Source of the DNA: Callorhinchus milii
Lineage: Eukaryota
Length of the DNA: 43,337 nt
Assembly (NCBI RefSeq): GCF_018977255.1
Contig: NW_024704821.1
Span: forward strand, 186,001-229,337
Direction of reading: 5' to 3'
The stretch's first letter is position 1, and each line of letters opens with the position of its first letter. The notes under the pieces are model-generated. The model ran no database searches and was not told the origin of the DNA. It saw nothing but the letters and a program-made list of their open reading frames with translations. Positions 11,401 through 22,260 of the stretch are shown piece after piece. A program made the translations under genes and the position numbers.

Positions 11401-12349
11401 AGCAGACACCCGGTTGTTAGTCAATTGGTAGTTCACATTTCCTAGGATAATAATCATTAAAATAAACATCTGGCCGCCAAATCCATGGTTGTTTGTGGTA
11501 TACTGCAATGCGCAAATGGCTGCCGAGTTTAATCTATCGGTGTAAAGACAATTCTCTGTGCACTATATTCTCTGCAGCACTTTGCGTTGTATGGAATACA
11601 TACAAAGTGCAATATCAAATATGAGGAATATTATTATTTTTGTAAAGTGAATTGACTGTACGTTTGTGGATGAATCGCGGCAGCCAATTCCAAACAAAAA
11701 TGTCTCACAGACTCACTTGGATTTTTTGTACGGATTACTATCTCCATTTCGCAACATTTCGCACTCCCGGGAATTGAACCCTGGTCTCTCGCTTGCGATG
11801 TTATTGCTCTTACCACCGAGCGATAGGAATCCATTAATATATATATATTAATAGTACGGTACAGACTGACTAACATTTGATGCATCGCCACCTTTCGGCG
11901 TCCAAACATCCCAAAGCATTTGAGTTTACTGAAAAGCCTATTTGTTGGCATTCGCGGCAATTAAAAGCAGACAAACAGATATAAAGTAAATTACCAAGCA
12001 TACCGCGAAGCGTTTTTTGCCAGTTGGTGTTGCCCATCAACCCCCAAACAAATCTCCCCTTTTTTTTAATTGTGTCACCGGATCTTTAATATCTGAAGGG
12101 TCAAATAGGACTTTACTTGTTAACTACGTATACAAATCGCGGCTCCTCCAGCAAAGATCAATGGGTCGGAGTCTGCAAACCACATCTTTCTGATTCAGAG
12201 GAGAAAGTGCTACCAACTGAGTCAGGCTGCAAACTTTACTGCAAACTAGTCTAACTAACGATTAAGTTAAACAACTTGCCAGGAACTCCAAAGGCAGCGA
12301 GAACCGGATAGTAAATGTTTTGTATCCTGTGTGTTAGCGCAATTGTCAT
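8448..12349 (-). CDS. Class A GPCR, GPR139/GPR142-like chondrichthyan expanded type, ~321 aa; exon 1 12349-12280, exon 2 9343-8448
   Basis: Seven hydrophobic segments; ANLVSIVIL (TM1), LVAMSTADL (TM2), AFTFDRHVAIC (TM3), CTNTCIYAVSQTKFR (TM7/H8). Exon 1 MTIALTHRIQNIYYPVLAAFGVP-G joins in phase 1 to CA-AAT after a (TC)n-TAG acceptor. The ORF-track start MMGISLSLSL is intron polypyrimidine tract. Confidence 0.88.
9345..10740. repeat. GA/CA-rich low-complexity tract in the GPCR intron
   Basis: Source of several spurious R/E/T- or L/S/C/V-rich ORFs. Confidence 0.8.
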
Positions 12350-13294
12350 CTTCTCAGAGAACCGATGGTACCTCCTCTCGGTACAGACAAGAGAACAGAA
12401 TAACTGTATGAGATTGCATAGCGAAAAACACAGCCTGATTTATACCAACGTGAACGCTTGACTCAGAAGATTTATTACATGATGACAAACGAGATTCAGC
12501 CATGTGGATAACATGTACTCTCCCTGAGCGGTGCAAATTACGTAAATTAATTATTTTTAGCGACTTGTTATGGCATCCATGCGGAAAACTATCGCCACGG
12601 TTTCGACATCGAGAAGCCAACTTGCTATTATTAAAACATCCAAACCAGAAACAGTGGTCAACTTATGTAGCCATTTACAAATTATTATATGTAATAATAA
12701 TAATAATAATAATGTAAACCACACAGTGTCTGAAATTGAAGGCACACTCTCTCCCTGGAGACTCGCACTCTCCTTGAACTAATTCTGGAGTGTATTGGGT
12801 ACAGCAAGGCAAGAAACAAGGCTTTGGGACTCCAGTGAAGGCACTGTTGCAGATTATGTAGCTATGAGGAAATGTTTCAGAATAATAACCACATAGAAAT
12901 AATTATGATCCTTGACTTTGATAAAGCAATTTATCAGGTCTTCAAGACTTCTAGAAACGCTTCGCAAATATATTGTAAAGTAAATTGACTGTTTATTTTG
13001 TGTGCGAAATAATTTCAATATGAATTCCCTACATTCAATAGATTGTGGTATCAATTGAGTTTTCAGCTGCTAAACATTAGGATGTCAGCTTGGATTAGTT
13101 GCAGCATTCTCACCTCTCGAATCGGCACTTTGTGTGTTCAAGCCCCAATTTGGGACAATCCAATCAAGTGCTGGATCCCTCTCTCTCCCACTCGCGTCTG
13201 CTTCTCCCTTCCTTTGTCTGCATGCATGTCTCTCTTTGTCTGTGTGTATGTCACTCTCTCTGTGTTTCGCATACATTATAATGAATATCCAATT

Positions 13295-14228
13295 GTTTGA
13301 CCGCAAGAGACCAGAGGATGGTAAAACGAAGAATGTCATCAGACTGGGAAAATATTACTTGGGGAGTTCAGCAAGGATTTGCTTTTCGACCTCCGTTGTT
13401 TAGTATTTGAAATATCTGGAACTAGGAGTCACGAGCACAGTGGCTACGTTTACATGTGACAATTACCTAATGAATGTAGTAGGTTGCAAATCTGAACAAG
13501 ATAGGTGAGGAGGATTCGTAGGATTTTGAAAAAGATTTGGAATTGGCCAGTACGGTGGCAGATGAAACTCAGTGTGGAGAAATGTAAAGAACTTCATAGG
13601 GAACAAAATAGCGATTACTGAACGCAAGGAAAATAACATGTATGGAGAAGAAAATGGAGCTGGGGTTTCTGTCTGACAATAAACTGAATCTCATGCAACA
13701 ATGCTCTGTGGCAATGAGAAAAACTAACCAGATTTTGGGATGTATCAAAAGATCAATACCAAGCCGCAACAGTCGGGTGATCACGCCACTCCACAAATTA
13801 TTGGTGAGACAATACTTAGAGTCCTGTAGCTCAGTGGTTAGAGCACTCGCTTTGCAAGTGAGAGACCTGAGTTCAATTCTAGGCAGGTCAGGGCGAAACC
13901 TTGGGCAAGTTTCCTTACTCCACATGCCTAATAATAATCCCTCCAAAAACAAAAACAATAATAAATTGGTCATTTTCAATCTACGACTGTTTGTGGGACA
14001 TTGCTGTGCGCAATTGGCTGCCGCGTTCGCCCACAAATATACAGTCAATTCACTTTGCAGTATGTTCTGTGAAGCGCTTTGGGACGTCCTCCCGACGTGA
14101 AAAGCGCTATATCAAATGCAAGGATTATTATTATTATTATTATTATTAGAGTACTATGCCCAGTTCCGTTCGATGCATTACCAAAAGGATGTTGGGTGAG
14201 TCGAGAGGATAAAGAGGAGGGTGACCAA
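13295..14228 (+). mobile_element. Degenerate CR1 LINE ORF2 (RT C-terminal part), interrupted by a SINE
   Basis: Decayed CR1 motifs: GVQQG..PPLF, WQMKLSVEKCK, QCSVAMRKTNQILGCIKRSI...LVRQYLE, and YYAQFRSMHYQKD after the SINE. Confidence 0.85.
13819..14147 (+). mobile_element. tRNA-derived SINE nested in CR1 with TTAGAGT target-site duplication
   Basis: TTAGAGT at 13816-13822 and 14146-14152; the CR1 reading frame resumes across it. Confidence 0.92.
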
Positions 14229-14645
14229 AATCACAGAATCACACAACCGTAAGGCACAAAAAGAAGCCATTCGGCCCATCGAGTTTCTGCCGACTCTTTG
14301 AATACAGCAATGTAATGTTAATCCGATTCCCCAACCCTTTCCCCATAACCCTGCAAACGCGTCCTCCACAAATACCCGTCCACCGCGTTTTTAAAATTAG
14401 TTATCGAATTGGCCTCGACCGCCCTTTCAGGCCATGCCTTCCAGATTCGAACAACTCGCTGCGTGAAAACAATTCTTCTCACATCCTCTCTGCTTCTTTT
14501 AGATAGTATTTTGATTCTGTGACCTCCAGTCATTGACACACCCACCAGTGGAAACAGTTTTTTCTATTTCTAACCTATGAAATCCCCTCACGATTTTGAA
14601 GAGCTCTACTAGCTCTTCTCGTAACCTTCTCTGCTCCAATTAGAA
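14227..14645 (-). mobile_element. CR1 (HER1-type) 3' end fragment
   Basis: LEQRRLREELVELFKI...GHRIKI...VFTQRVVRIWKAWPERAVEANSITNFK...LQGYGERVG, then tail gatgggccgaatggcttct...gattctgtgatt. Confidence 0.88.
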
Positions 14646-15084
14646 TAAACCCACAACACAGTAATAATAACGATAATAATGAACAAACGTTGATTTGATA
14701 TAATGCCATATTACGTCGTTGAGACGTTTTAAAGTACATCACAGAATACGCTGAAAAGTGGAGTTACTGTATTGTTTGATGCCAATTGGATACAGCAGTG
14801 TCGTACAAAATGTGTTGGTTTCAGTTGCCTTATTTTGTGGCACTGTGTGTGTGGGAGATTGTGGGGTGTGGGGGGAAGGGGGGGAGGGGTTGGATGGGTC
14901 GTTAGATTGTAATGGGGGGGAGACAAACTTGGTAGCCAACTGTGTAAAAGAGTGGCCCACACATTGTTGTGGATTGAGTGACTTGATTGTGTGGCACTGT
15001 GTGTGTTTGTGTGGGGGGAGTGGAGGAGGCGGGGCGCTGTGTGGGCGGGGTGCTGCGATGTAACGGCAGTGATTGGGCGATGCG

Positions 15085-15310
15085 GCTCAGTGCGGGCGGG
15101 GCAGTGACTGAGTGACGTAGCTCTGTGGACTTGGCAGAGGCTTCGTGGGCGGGGCTCAGTTCGGGCGGGGCAGTGACTGAGTGACGTAGATCTGTATGCG
15201 TGGCAGTGGCTGTGTGGGCGTGGCTCAGTGCGGGCGGGGCAGTGAATGAGTGACGTAGCTCCGTGGGCGTGGCAGTGGCTGTGTGGGCGGGGCTCCTTGT
15301 GGGCGGGGAT
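15085..15310 (+). promoter_or_regulatory. 69-bp tandem repeat in the family C promoter (GC boxes, TGACTGA and TGACGTA sites)
   Basis: gctcag unit starts at 15085, 15154 and 15223, partial at 15292; ends ~75 bp before the leader ATG at 15384. Function inferred. Confidence 0.7.
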
Positions 15311-15383
15311 TAACTGTTTGGCTACTGAGCCCAAAAGCCCCATCAGTCCACATTGGGGAGTTAATGTCAGACACGGGATCAGG

Positions 15384-16154
15384 ATGCTCATGTGGGAGAC
15401 ATGTGCTGTGCTCTCAATCACTCTCAGCTTACTTTGCCGTTAGTGTCTTTTGTATATTTTCTTTTTTTAATATCTTATTATACCTTTTACAACATTACAA
15501 CATTAATAATCGTTTGATTAGACATTGTGCCTTTTCATATATTCGAGCCGATTGCGGACAACAGTTTTGACCGAATGTTCATGGATTGAGTAACCAAATT
15601 ATTACCTTTCTTTATTAAATTAAAATTGAAGGGCTAATTACCCCTGGAAAAGATAAACTGCAATCGACTAACAAACGTGTTCCGATTTTCTGCTTGATAA
15701 ACAGAGGCGTATGGAGCAAGGATAATTTCGAAAGCTTTCGTCCTACCCTGGTATAGATCCTCTTGCTTGTGATGCGAATATTGTCACCAATACACTGCAG
15801 AGCTCCACATAAGACAAACTTGCTGTTCCACTATCTTTTCTTTTGAATCACAGGAAACAGTCTGCAAAACACGGTGAAACAACAGAAAGGCGATACAACA
15901 GTTGAAGATGGAAATGATGTGAAATTATCCTGCAGCTTAAAGAAAATCAGTGACACCTCCTACCTCTACTGGTACAGACAAGCTTCCAGGAACGCTCCTG
16001 TCTACATACTTCGCTCAATTTCAGGAACGGATTATATGAGCTCTGACTTCCCAAATGATTCTCTCCACCGTCAATAAAACAAGTGAATATTTCGAACTGA
16101 GTATTGTAACCGTCCTGATCAGGGACAGTTCGTATATTACAGCGCCAAGAGGCC
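15384..16154 (+). pseudogene. TCR V pseudogene, family C copy 1 (leader 15384-15438, V exon 15854-16154)
   Basis: Leader MLMWETCAVLSITLSLLC/GTTAGT. Two 1-nt deletions near 16065-16072 lead to TAA; further indels in FR3; second Cys codon reads AGC. Confidence 0.9.
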
Positions 16155-16193
16155 CACATTGCTGTCGTACTATGGCGGCTCCGTACAACAACT
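16155..16193 (+). other. 23-RSS of C1 (degenerate)
   Basis: CACATTG, 23 nt, ACAACAACT. Confidence 0.85.
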
Positions 16194-16217
16194 CCAACTG
16201 TTTGTTTTATCGCGAAA

Positions 16218-16232
16218 CCGCGAGGGGGAGTC
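16218..16232 (+). promoter_or_regulatory. CTCF-like motif 24 bp 3' of the C1 nonamer
   Basis: CCGCGAGGGGGAGTC resembles the CTCF core CCACCAGGGGGCGC. Confidence 0.55.
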
Positions 16233-17852
16233 ATTGCATTTGTATTTATTTTAATACAGAGAAAATTTCACAAGCAGATTGGCGACACAAGGGCGAAATT
16301 TGCTGATTTGTTTATAATCAAAGCAGCGCTTAAAACGTTATCGATGAAATCAGTTAAAGGGAATCATGTCGAGAGTCCTGTGGTGTACTGTTTAGACTTA
16401 AGACAATTCAGTTCGCAAGCATGAAGTTCTGGGATCGATTCCCGGGTGGAACGAAACATTGGGCAAATGTGTTTGCTCCGCACACATGCTTCTGCATACC
16501 TTGAGGTTGGAGCAACACGGTTTGTCATTCGGATCGCTTTTCCAGGATTAATAATCCCTTAAAAATAATGACAACAATTTGGTAACACAATCGTTGACTG
16601 ATTGTGTGCAATAGACCACCACTTTTCGCTCCCGAAAAACGCTGTACATTATTACACCACACACAATATCCTACGAAACTCTTTCTGACGTCCCAACGGC
16701 ATTATGAGGCGTTGCATCAAATGCAACCATTAGTATTATCCTAATTGTTATTTTGGGTTCAGCTAAACAATTCTATTGCGAAGCATGACCACTGGGTGTC
16801 ATTGGTGCGCTGATGTTTCCCACAGACACCAATGGTTGAAAAGTCTTTAAAAATTCAATAACATATATTATTGTACCCGATTTCCAATCGTTTTCAGAAG
16901 ATTGCCAACCTCTTCCTTTTACTTGGTTTGCACATTCCATTATGAACAACAGATGCATTGGAAACGTAGATTATTCGAATCAAAGTTTATCACAAAGTGT
17001 AGGTGATCAGTCTACCCAATGTTAGGGTGCTTCAGGAATCTTTCACTGTCCAACTCCCACGATTATTGGAAATCTCTTATTCCTTATATCCTAAACTATC
17101 CTTAACTTGGCATCTGTACGACACTGAGAATCGTATGATCTAATTCTCTCAATAACAAGGTTCCTGATATATTATTCTTGCATGTCGCCAAGTTACCAAG
17201 ATCTGGGCACTTTCTAAAGCTATCTTGGTCCTATAGCTGAGTGGCTAGAGCAGTCTCCTCGCAAGTAGGAGACGTGTTTTCGATTCCCATCGGGGCGGAG
17301 TTTTGGCCAAGTTTCCTTACGCCACATGCCTCGGTTTAACCTCGCAGTAAATAGGAACCCATTTATTACTCGATGATGGATCGATTTCCGGTGTAATAAA
17401 ACTTTCAATAGAGTGGTAAACTGGTCACTCCATCCTAGACTGTATGTGTGACATTACTGTGTGCTATTGGATGGCGTAATTGTAAACCTGAAATTACACA
17501 ATCAATTGGCAAAACAGTATAATCTGTGAAAGAATTCGAGACGACTCGAAGACGTGAAAAGGCTCTATGTCAATATCAAAAATCATTACTGTTATTTGTA
17601 CCTTTCCTTCAGTATTTGTAACTGTGTCACTTTACATTGTCTCTTTCACATATTACTGTGGTTTGCCACAGCGAATCGAATGGAATCTGAGCACAAACGA
17701 TAGGCGGAGTCGCAATACACCTTCAGCAATAAACAGAGAAAGGATAGTGCCATCTTCTCACATAAAAAAGTCTATAAACCGGGTGCTACGCTTAAACGAT
17801 TTCTCACTGCATGTCAACGAAACAAGTTCACTTGAATCTACACGAGTTGAGA

Positions 17853-18305
17853 ATGAAGCAGATTTACAACGCAAAATATATTATTTTGAATTTAGTTATA
17901 TTTCCACTGTGTAGGTAGCACAGGAGTTTGGGCAAATATTCTAGTTTTCCTGCAAAGTGATTTCAAATTTTCTTCGCAGATATTTTCGGAATTTCTTGCA
18001 AAGAATTTTCATTTCTATTTCCCAGGTGTTTTGGCTGAAAGCGATGTGTCACAGAGACCTGAGGCCATGACAGAGAATGAACATGGAAATGGATCTATGG
18101 AGTGCAGCATCACTGGAAACAACCCTTACTTTCATTGGTACACACAGCATGGAAACGGCTCCATGCGGTTCTTGGTTTTGGGAAAAAGCGACATCAATGT
18201 GAAGGACAGGATAAGAGCTTTGGCTAATACAAGGCAGGGAAACTGCACGCTAACGATCCAAAACGTGAGAGTATCAGACACCGCCACTTACTTCTGTGCG
18301 GTGAG
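17853..18305 (+). CDS. TCR V segment, family B copy 1, apparently functional (leader 17853-17910, V exon 18026-18305)
   Basis: Leader MKQIYNAKYIILNLVIFPL-T/GTAGGT; open exon ...MECSITG...WYTQ...NCTLTIQNVRVSDTATYFCAV. Confidence 0.9.
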
Positions 18306-18344
18306 CACAGTGCTGTGTGTCTAAGAGGGACCTGTACAAAAACA
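18306..18344 (+). other. 23-RSS of B1
   Basis: CACAGTG, 23 nt, ACAAAAACA. Confidence 0.95.
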
Positions 18345-19652
18345 TTCTGGGTATACTGTAGATCATTGGATGGAGCAATCGCCTGCAAACGAGTGGCTGG
18401 GTTCGATTCCAGCTGTGCAAAACGGAGGATAAATTTCGTTGCTCCACATGCCACTGTTTGACTTGCAATAATTAGAAACCCGGTTGTACGTCGATTAGCA
18501 GAACACAGTTCCGGAATAATAATTCGTAAAAAATATCGAAAAAGAATACTTAATCGATCGCATGTCTACGTGACACCTTGTGTGAAATTGGCTGGCGTGT
18601 TTCAACCACTGCATATTTCTTACTGCCAATAAATCTATTTACCTGGCATTAAGTAGGAAACTGGTTGGTCATCGATTGGCGGGATCAAAACGTATAAGAA
18701 AGTGTCGCAATTCCTTCAAATTAAAGATAGATAATGTGGTCACTCAATCAATCAATCTTTGTGGGATATTCTTGTGCGCAACTGGCAGCCAAGTTCCGTC
18801 ACCACAAAACGCAGTCACTATATACTAAGTTATAACCGTGAAGCAATTCGAGACGTCCAGAAGATATAATACGTCGCAATAGAAATATCCAAGCTGATAA
18901 TTGTAAGTCGCAGTTTGTTTTGGATACACAAAATCACAGTGAAGTTAATCTCCATGTGTCAGACACACAGGTTACAAACGTGAACGTTAATACATGAAGC
19001 ATCATTCAGTGAAATGAACCGTAGAGTACAACAAATTTTAGCTACAAAATCGACCCAAACGGCTGTAAACCAGAATCCTAGAGCGGAAAGGGGCAGAACT
19101 TTCAACTAATTGGGGCAGAGACATCTGAGAAACTGCTGACGTCACGTGGCTCCCCCCTTCCGCTTTGAACACTCTCAATGGCTCGTTTCTCCTCGTTACC
19201 AAATTGACACCCGCCCCCGGGGATGTGAAGCCAACACACATTTGGCCATTGTCCAGTCGTCTGCACACACTCAGGGGCTTCGACTGAATACCTCGTCTTA
19301 CCTTATTTTGACTCTCTATGTAACAATAATCCTTGACACTCGATTCCGCGCCTTAATTCGTCACTGAAGCCTCTCAAAGCGCTTCACATAATATACTGTA
19401 AACCTCAGTGACTGTGTATTGCATTTGCCAAGAAACGAAAACGTATTGCGCACAGCGGAGTCTCTCAAACAGCCGACGATAGAGTGTAATTTTTTTTTTA
19501 GTGATTATCATTCCCCAGAAATTCAAACCGCCATCCGACTAACAACCTAATTCCTACTTACTTCTCGATAAACAGATCCGTGTGGAGTACGGAAACCTGC
19601 CTGTATTTTAAGGAAACTTGCATTTCTTCATCAAGTCGCAGAAAGATCGGCT

Positions 19653-20099
19653 ATGATGTGCTATTATTCTTTAATAATCATCCTCCTGAAAGCTGACCTT
19701 TCGCTCTGGGGTGAGTTTGGTTCTCAGACAAGACCCGTTTTCTCGTTGTGTGTAATTGTATTTAATTCCACCACAATTTACGAGTGAGTTTTTTAAACAG
19801 ATTGTCTTGTATTTATCAGGGGTCAGTGGACAGGATAAAGTCTCCCAGTCGCCACTCTCTGTGTCTGTTGGTGAGAAGGAACAAGTGCTTATCAGCTGTT
19901 CCACAACAGAACAGGGTCAGGGCTTACAATGGTACAGACAGTACCCGAACCAGGCTCTCAAACACTTTGTAACAGGACAGACAGGAGAGCAACAGAAGGA
20001 GAGGATCACAGCTACAATGAACTATTGAGAAGGTCAGTAACCTGAGCATCACAGGCACAGAAGTGACAAATCCCGCCACCTACTTGTGTGCAGTGGAGA
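19653..20099 (+). pseudogene. TCR V pseudogene, family A copy 2 (leader 19653-19710, V exon 19820-20099)
   Basis: AAC TAT AAA GAG in A1 is AAC TAT T GAG here (net 2-nt loss), giving TGA at 20026-20028. The rest matches A1. Confidence 0.9.
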
Positions 20100-20138
20100 C
20101 ACAGTGAGACAATCACATAGAGAGGCCGTACATAAACC
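20100..20138 (+). other. 23-RSS of A2
   Basis: CACAGTG, 23 nt, ACATAAACC. Confidence 0.95.
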
Positions 20139-20744
20139 CCCAGTGATCAGTCAGCAATTTGTTCATCACAATAACTGCTCAGCGCTCACTGTCTCTTAGT
20201 TTCCCTCAATTTCCTTATTAATGTCGGGATGTTCATGTCATGGCTGCAGGACTGTGGAGACGTGTAAATCCCTGTTGAGAACACTCGACTCGCAAGCGAT
20301 GAGTCGTGGGATCGATTTCAATGAAGGGGGTAACTTTAAGCAAATATGCTTTCTTCACAGACATACCTCGGTTTACCTTGCAGTGAGCTGGAAATCATCC
20401 AGCAATTCCCATTTTGTTCACCATTATAAACGTACTGCATCCTCTGCCTCTGAGTTTCCTTCAACCTCCTTAATCACGAAATTTTCATATCATATCTGCC
20501 GGATTGTGCTATCCTGTAATATAATAGTTTGAGGACTCGACTTGCAAGCGAGAGTAACTGGGTTCGAGTACCCGACAGTAGAGGGCTATACCCTTGAAAA
20601 GTTTGCTTTCTCTTCACGCATAACTCCGCTTAAGTAGATATTGATACTCGGGTAATATCTCTTAAAATATTGTTTTAAATTATAAGGACTAAAACGCATT
20701 TCATGACTACTTATGCGGCACCGCTGTGTAAAATTGGCTGCCTC

Positions 20745-21112
20745 AGCCTTCTCTTCAAATCCCTCCACCCCTCTGCACCCACCTCTCTGAACTCCTTACT
20801 CCTCAAAACCCTTCCTGTTGCCTTCGTTCCACCGGGTCTGTCCTCCTACTCATCCCCCGACTCCTCCGTTCAACCCATCGGCGGCCGTGCCTTCCGCCAA
20901 TATGCCCCGAGGCTCTGTAACTCACTTCCTCCCGCCCTTCGCCTCGCCCCTTCTCTTCCTAAAGTTAAGTCTCTGCTGAAGACCTTTCTTTTCGGCCGCG
21001 ACTTTAGTCACCTTCCTCCCCCTGCCCCTGACTCGGCCCGGGATCCGTTACTGTGAAGCTCTGAGACACTTTCCGGCATGGAGGGCGCTATATATATATA
21101 TATATATATATA
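20745..21112 (+). mobile_element. L2-clade LINE 3' end with (TA)n tail
   Basis: PIGGRAFRQYAPRLCNSLPPALRLAPSLPKVKSLLKTFLF is typical of the L2 ORF2 C-terminus; tail ctgtgaagct...gagggcgctatata. Confidence 0.8.
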
Positions 21113-21425
21113 TCCAAGTTGTTTTTACTGCCTCATTTCTTCCACGAACCATGCAATGAATTTTCTATACAATGTATTCTGTGAGGCGCTCTCAGACGTC
21201 TGTATTATGTGACAAGGCGCTCATCAACTGAAAGGATAATTGCTATATTTCTATGTTTTAATTGGATACTCATAGGAATGGTGTTGGAATTCCACACGTG
21301 TCAGTGTCAGACACCCGGTTTACCAAAATAAATATTAAAATATTAAGTGTGATTCAGCGAAATACACAATACAGCGCAAATAAATTGTAGATACGAATTA
21401 GGCATGAATTATTTTTTGAAAATAA

Positions 21426-21450
21426 NNNNNNNNNNNNNNNNNNNNNNNNN
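21426..21450. other. Assembly gap (25 N)
   Basis: Run of N; also a single N at 1121. Confidence 0.99.
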
Positions 21451-22260
21451 AAAAACATGTTTTTTTACCCAAACGGCTGAAACCCAGATGTATGGACCGG
21501 AAAGGGGCAGGAAAGGAATTTTCAACTAACTGGGGATGTAAAACCCACACACATTAGGCCATTGTGTCTGCACACACTCAGGGGCTACCGCTTAATATCT
21601 CCTACTCCCTTTTTTGACTATATATAATATTAATCCATGAACGTTAAACGGCACCTTATCGCGCTTCTGAGATGTCTTAAAGCGCTTCACACAGTCTACT
21701 TTAAAGTGTTGCCACTGTGTATCTTAAATACGAAACGGGATTGTTATCCCCAGCAAAGTAACCGACAGTCGACTGACAACAAGTTTCCTACTTACTGATG
21801 AAAGTTGTAAAAATTTGTGGTAAAATTGTTTGTTGGGAGTTGCGAAACTGGCCAACATTTCAGATTGCTTGGAATCGAACGCAGGTCTTGTATGGTGAGG
21901 GCTTTAAACAGTGAGCTTCAGGCCTCCACAGATGGCACACCTTTGTGGAACTCATGTATATGTTTTCGCTGAACATAAATATGGGTGTAACTTGCTGCAT
22001 GTTTCAGACACCCGATTGAACAAATATATGTCAGCGATGGAAGAGAACCAATGGAGGAGCGAAATGGCAGACGAGACAAGATGACGCAGAATGACAGAGA
22101 CACAAGTCTTGTACATAACACTCAGTCCTGCTCCCTCACAATATATGACAACTTCTGTATGTTGTTGTTCCCTGTTCAGCCCTCCTCACGGAATCTTTAG
22201 GCCAACATTCTCCAAATATTCAATCAACGCTCTCTCAACGCGTCTCGTCATTAAATACAT

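Noticed and set aside
6980-14149. Recurrent ORFs such as MESCSSVVRAL..., [11 protein letters not shown]... and ...[14 protein letters not shown]
   Set aside because: Translations of the SINE in different frames, not genes.
12722-14995. Isolated CACAGTG/CACTGTG heptamers (12722, ~13434, 14841, 14995) as D segments or cryptic RSS
   Set aside because: No acceptable nonamer at 12 or 23 bp; no D, J or C segments found in the window.
14729-15421. 230-aa minus-strand ORF with HCPARTEPRP repeats
   Set aside because: Antisense translation of the GC-rich 69-bp promoter repeat; not conserved in frame or length in the C2/C3 copies.
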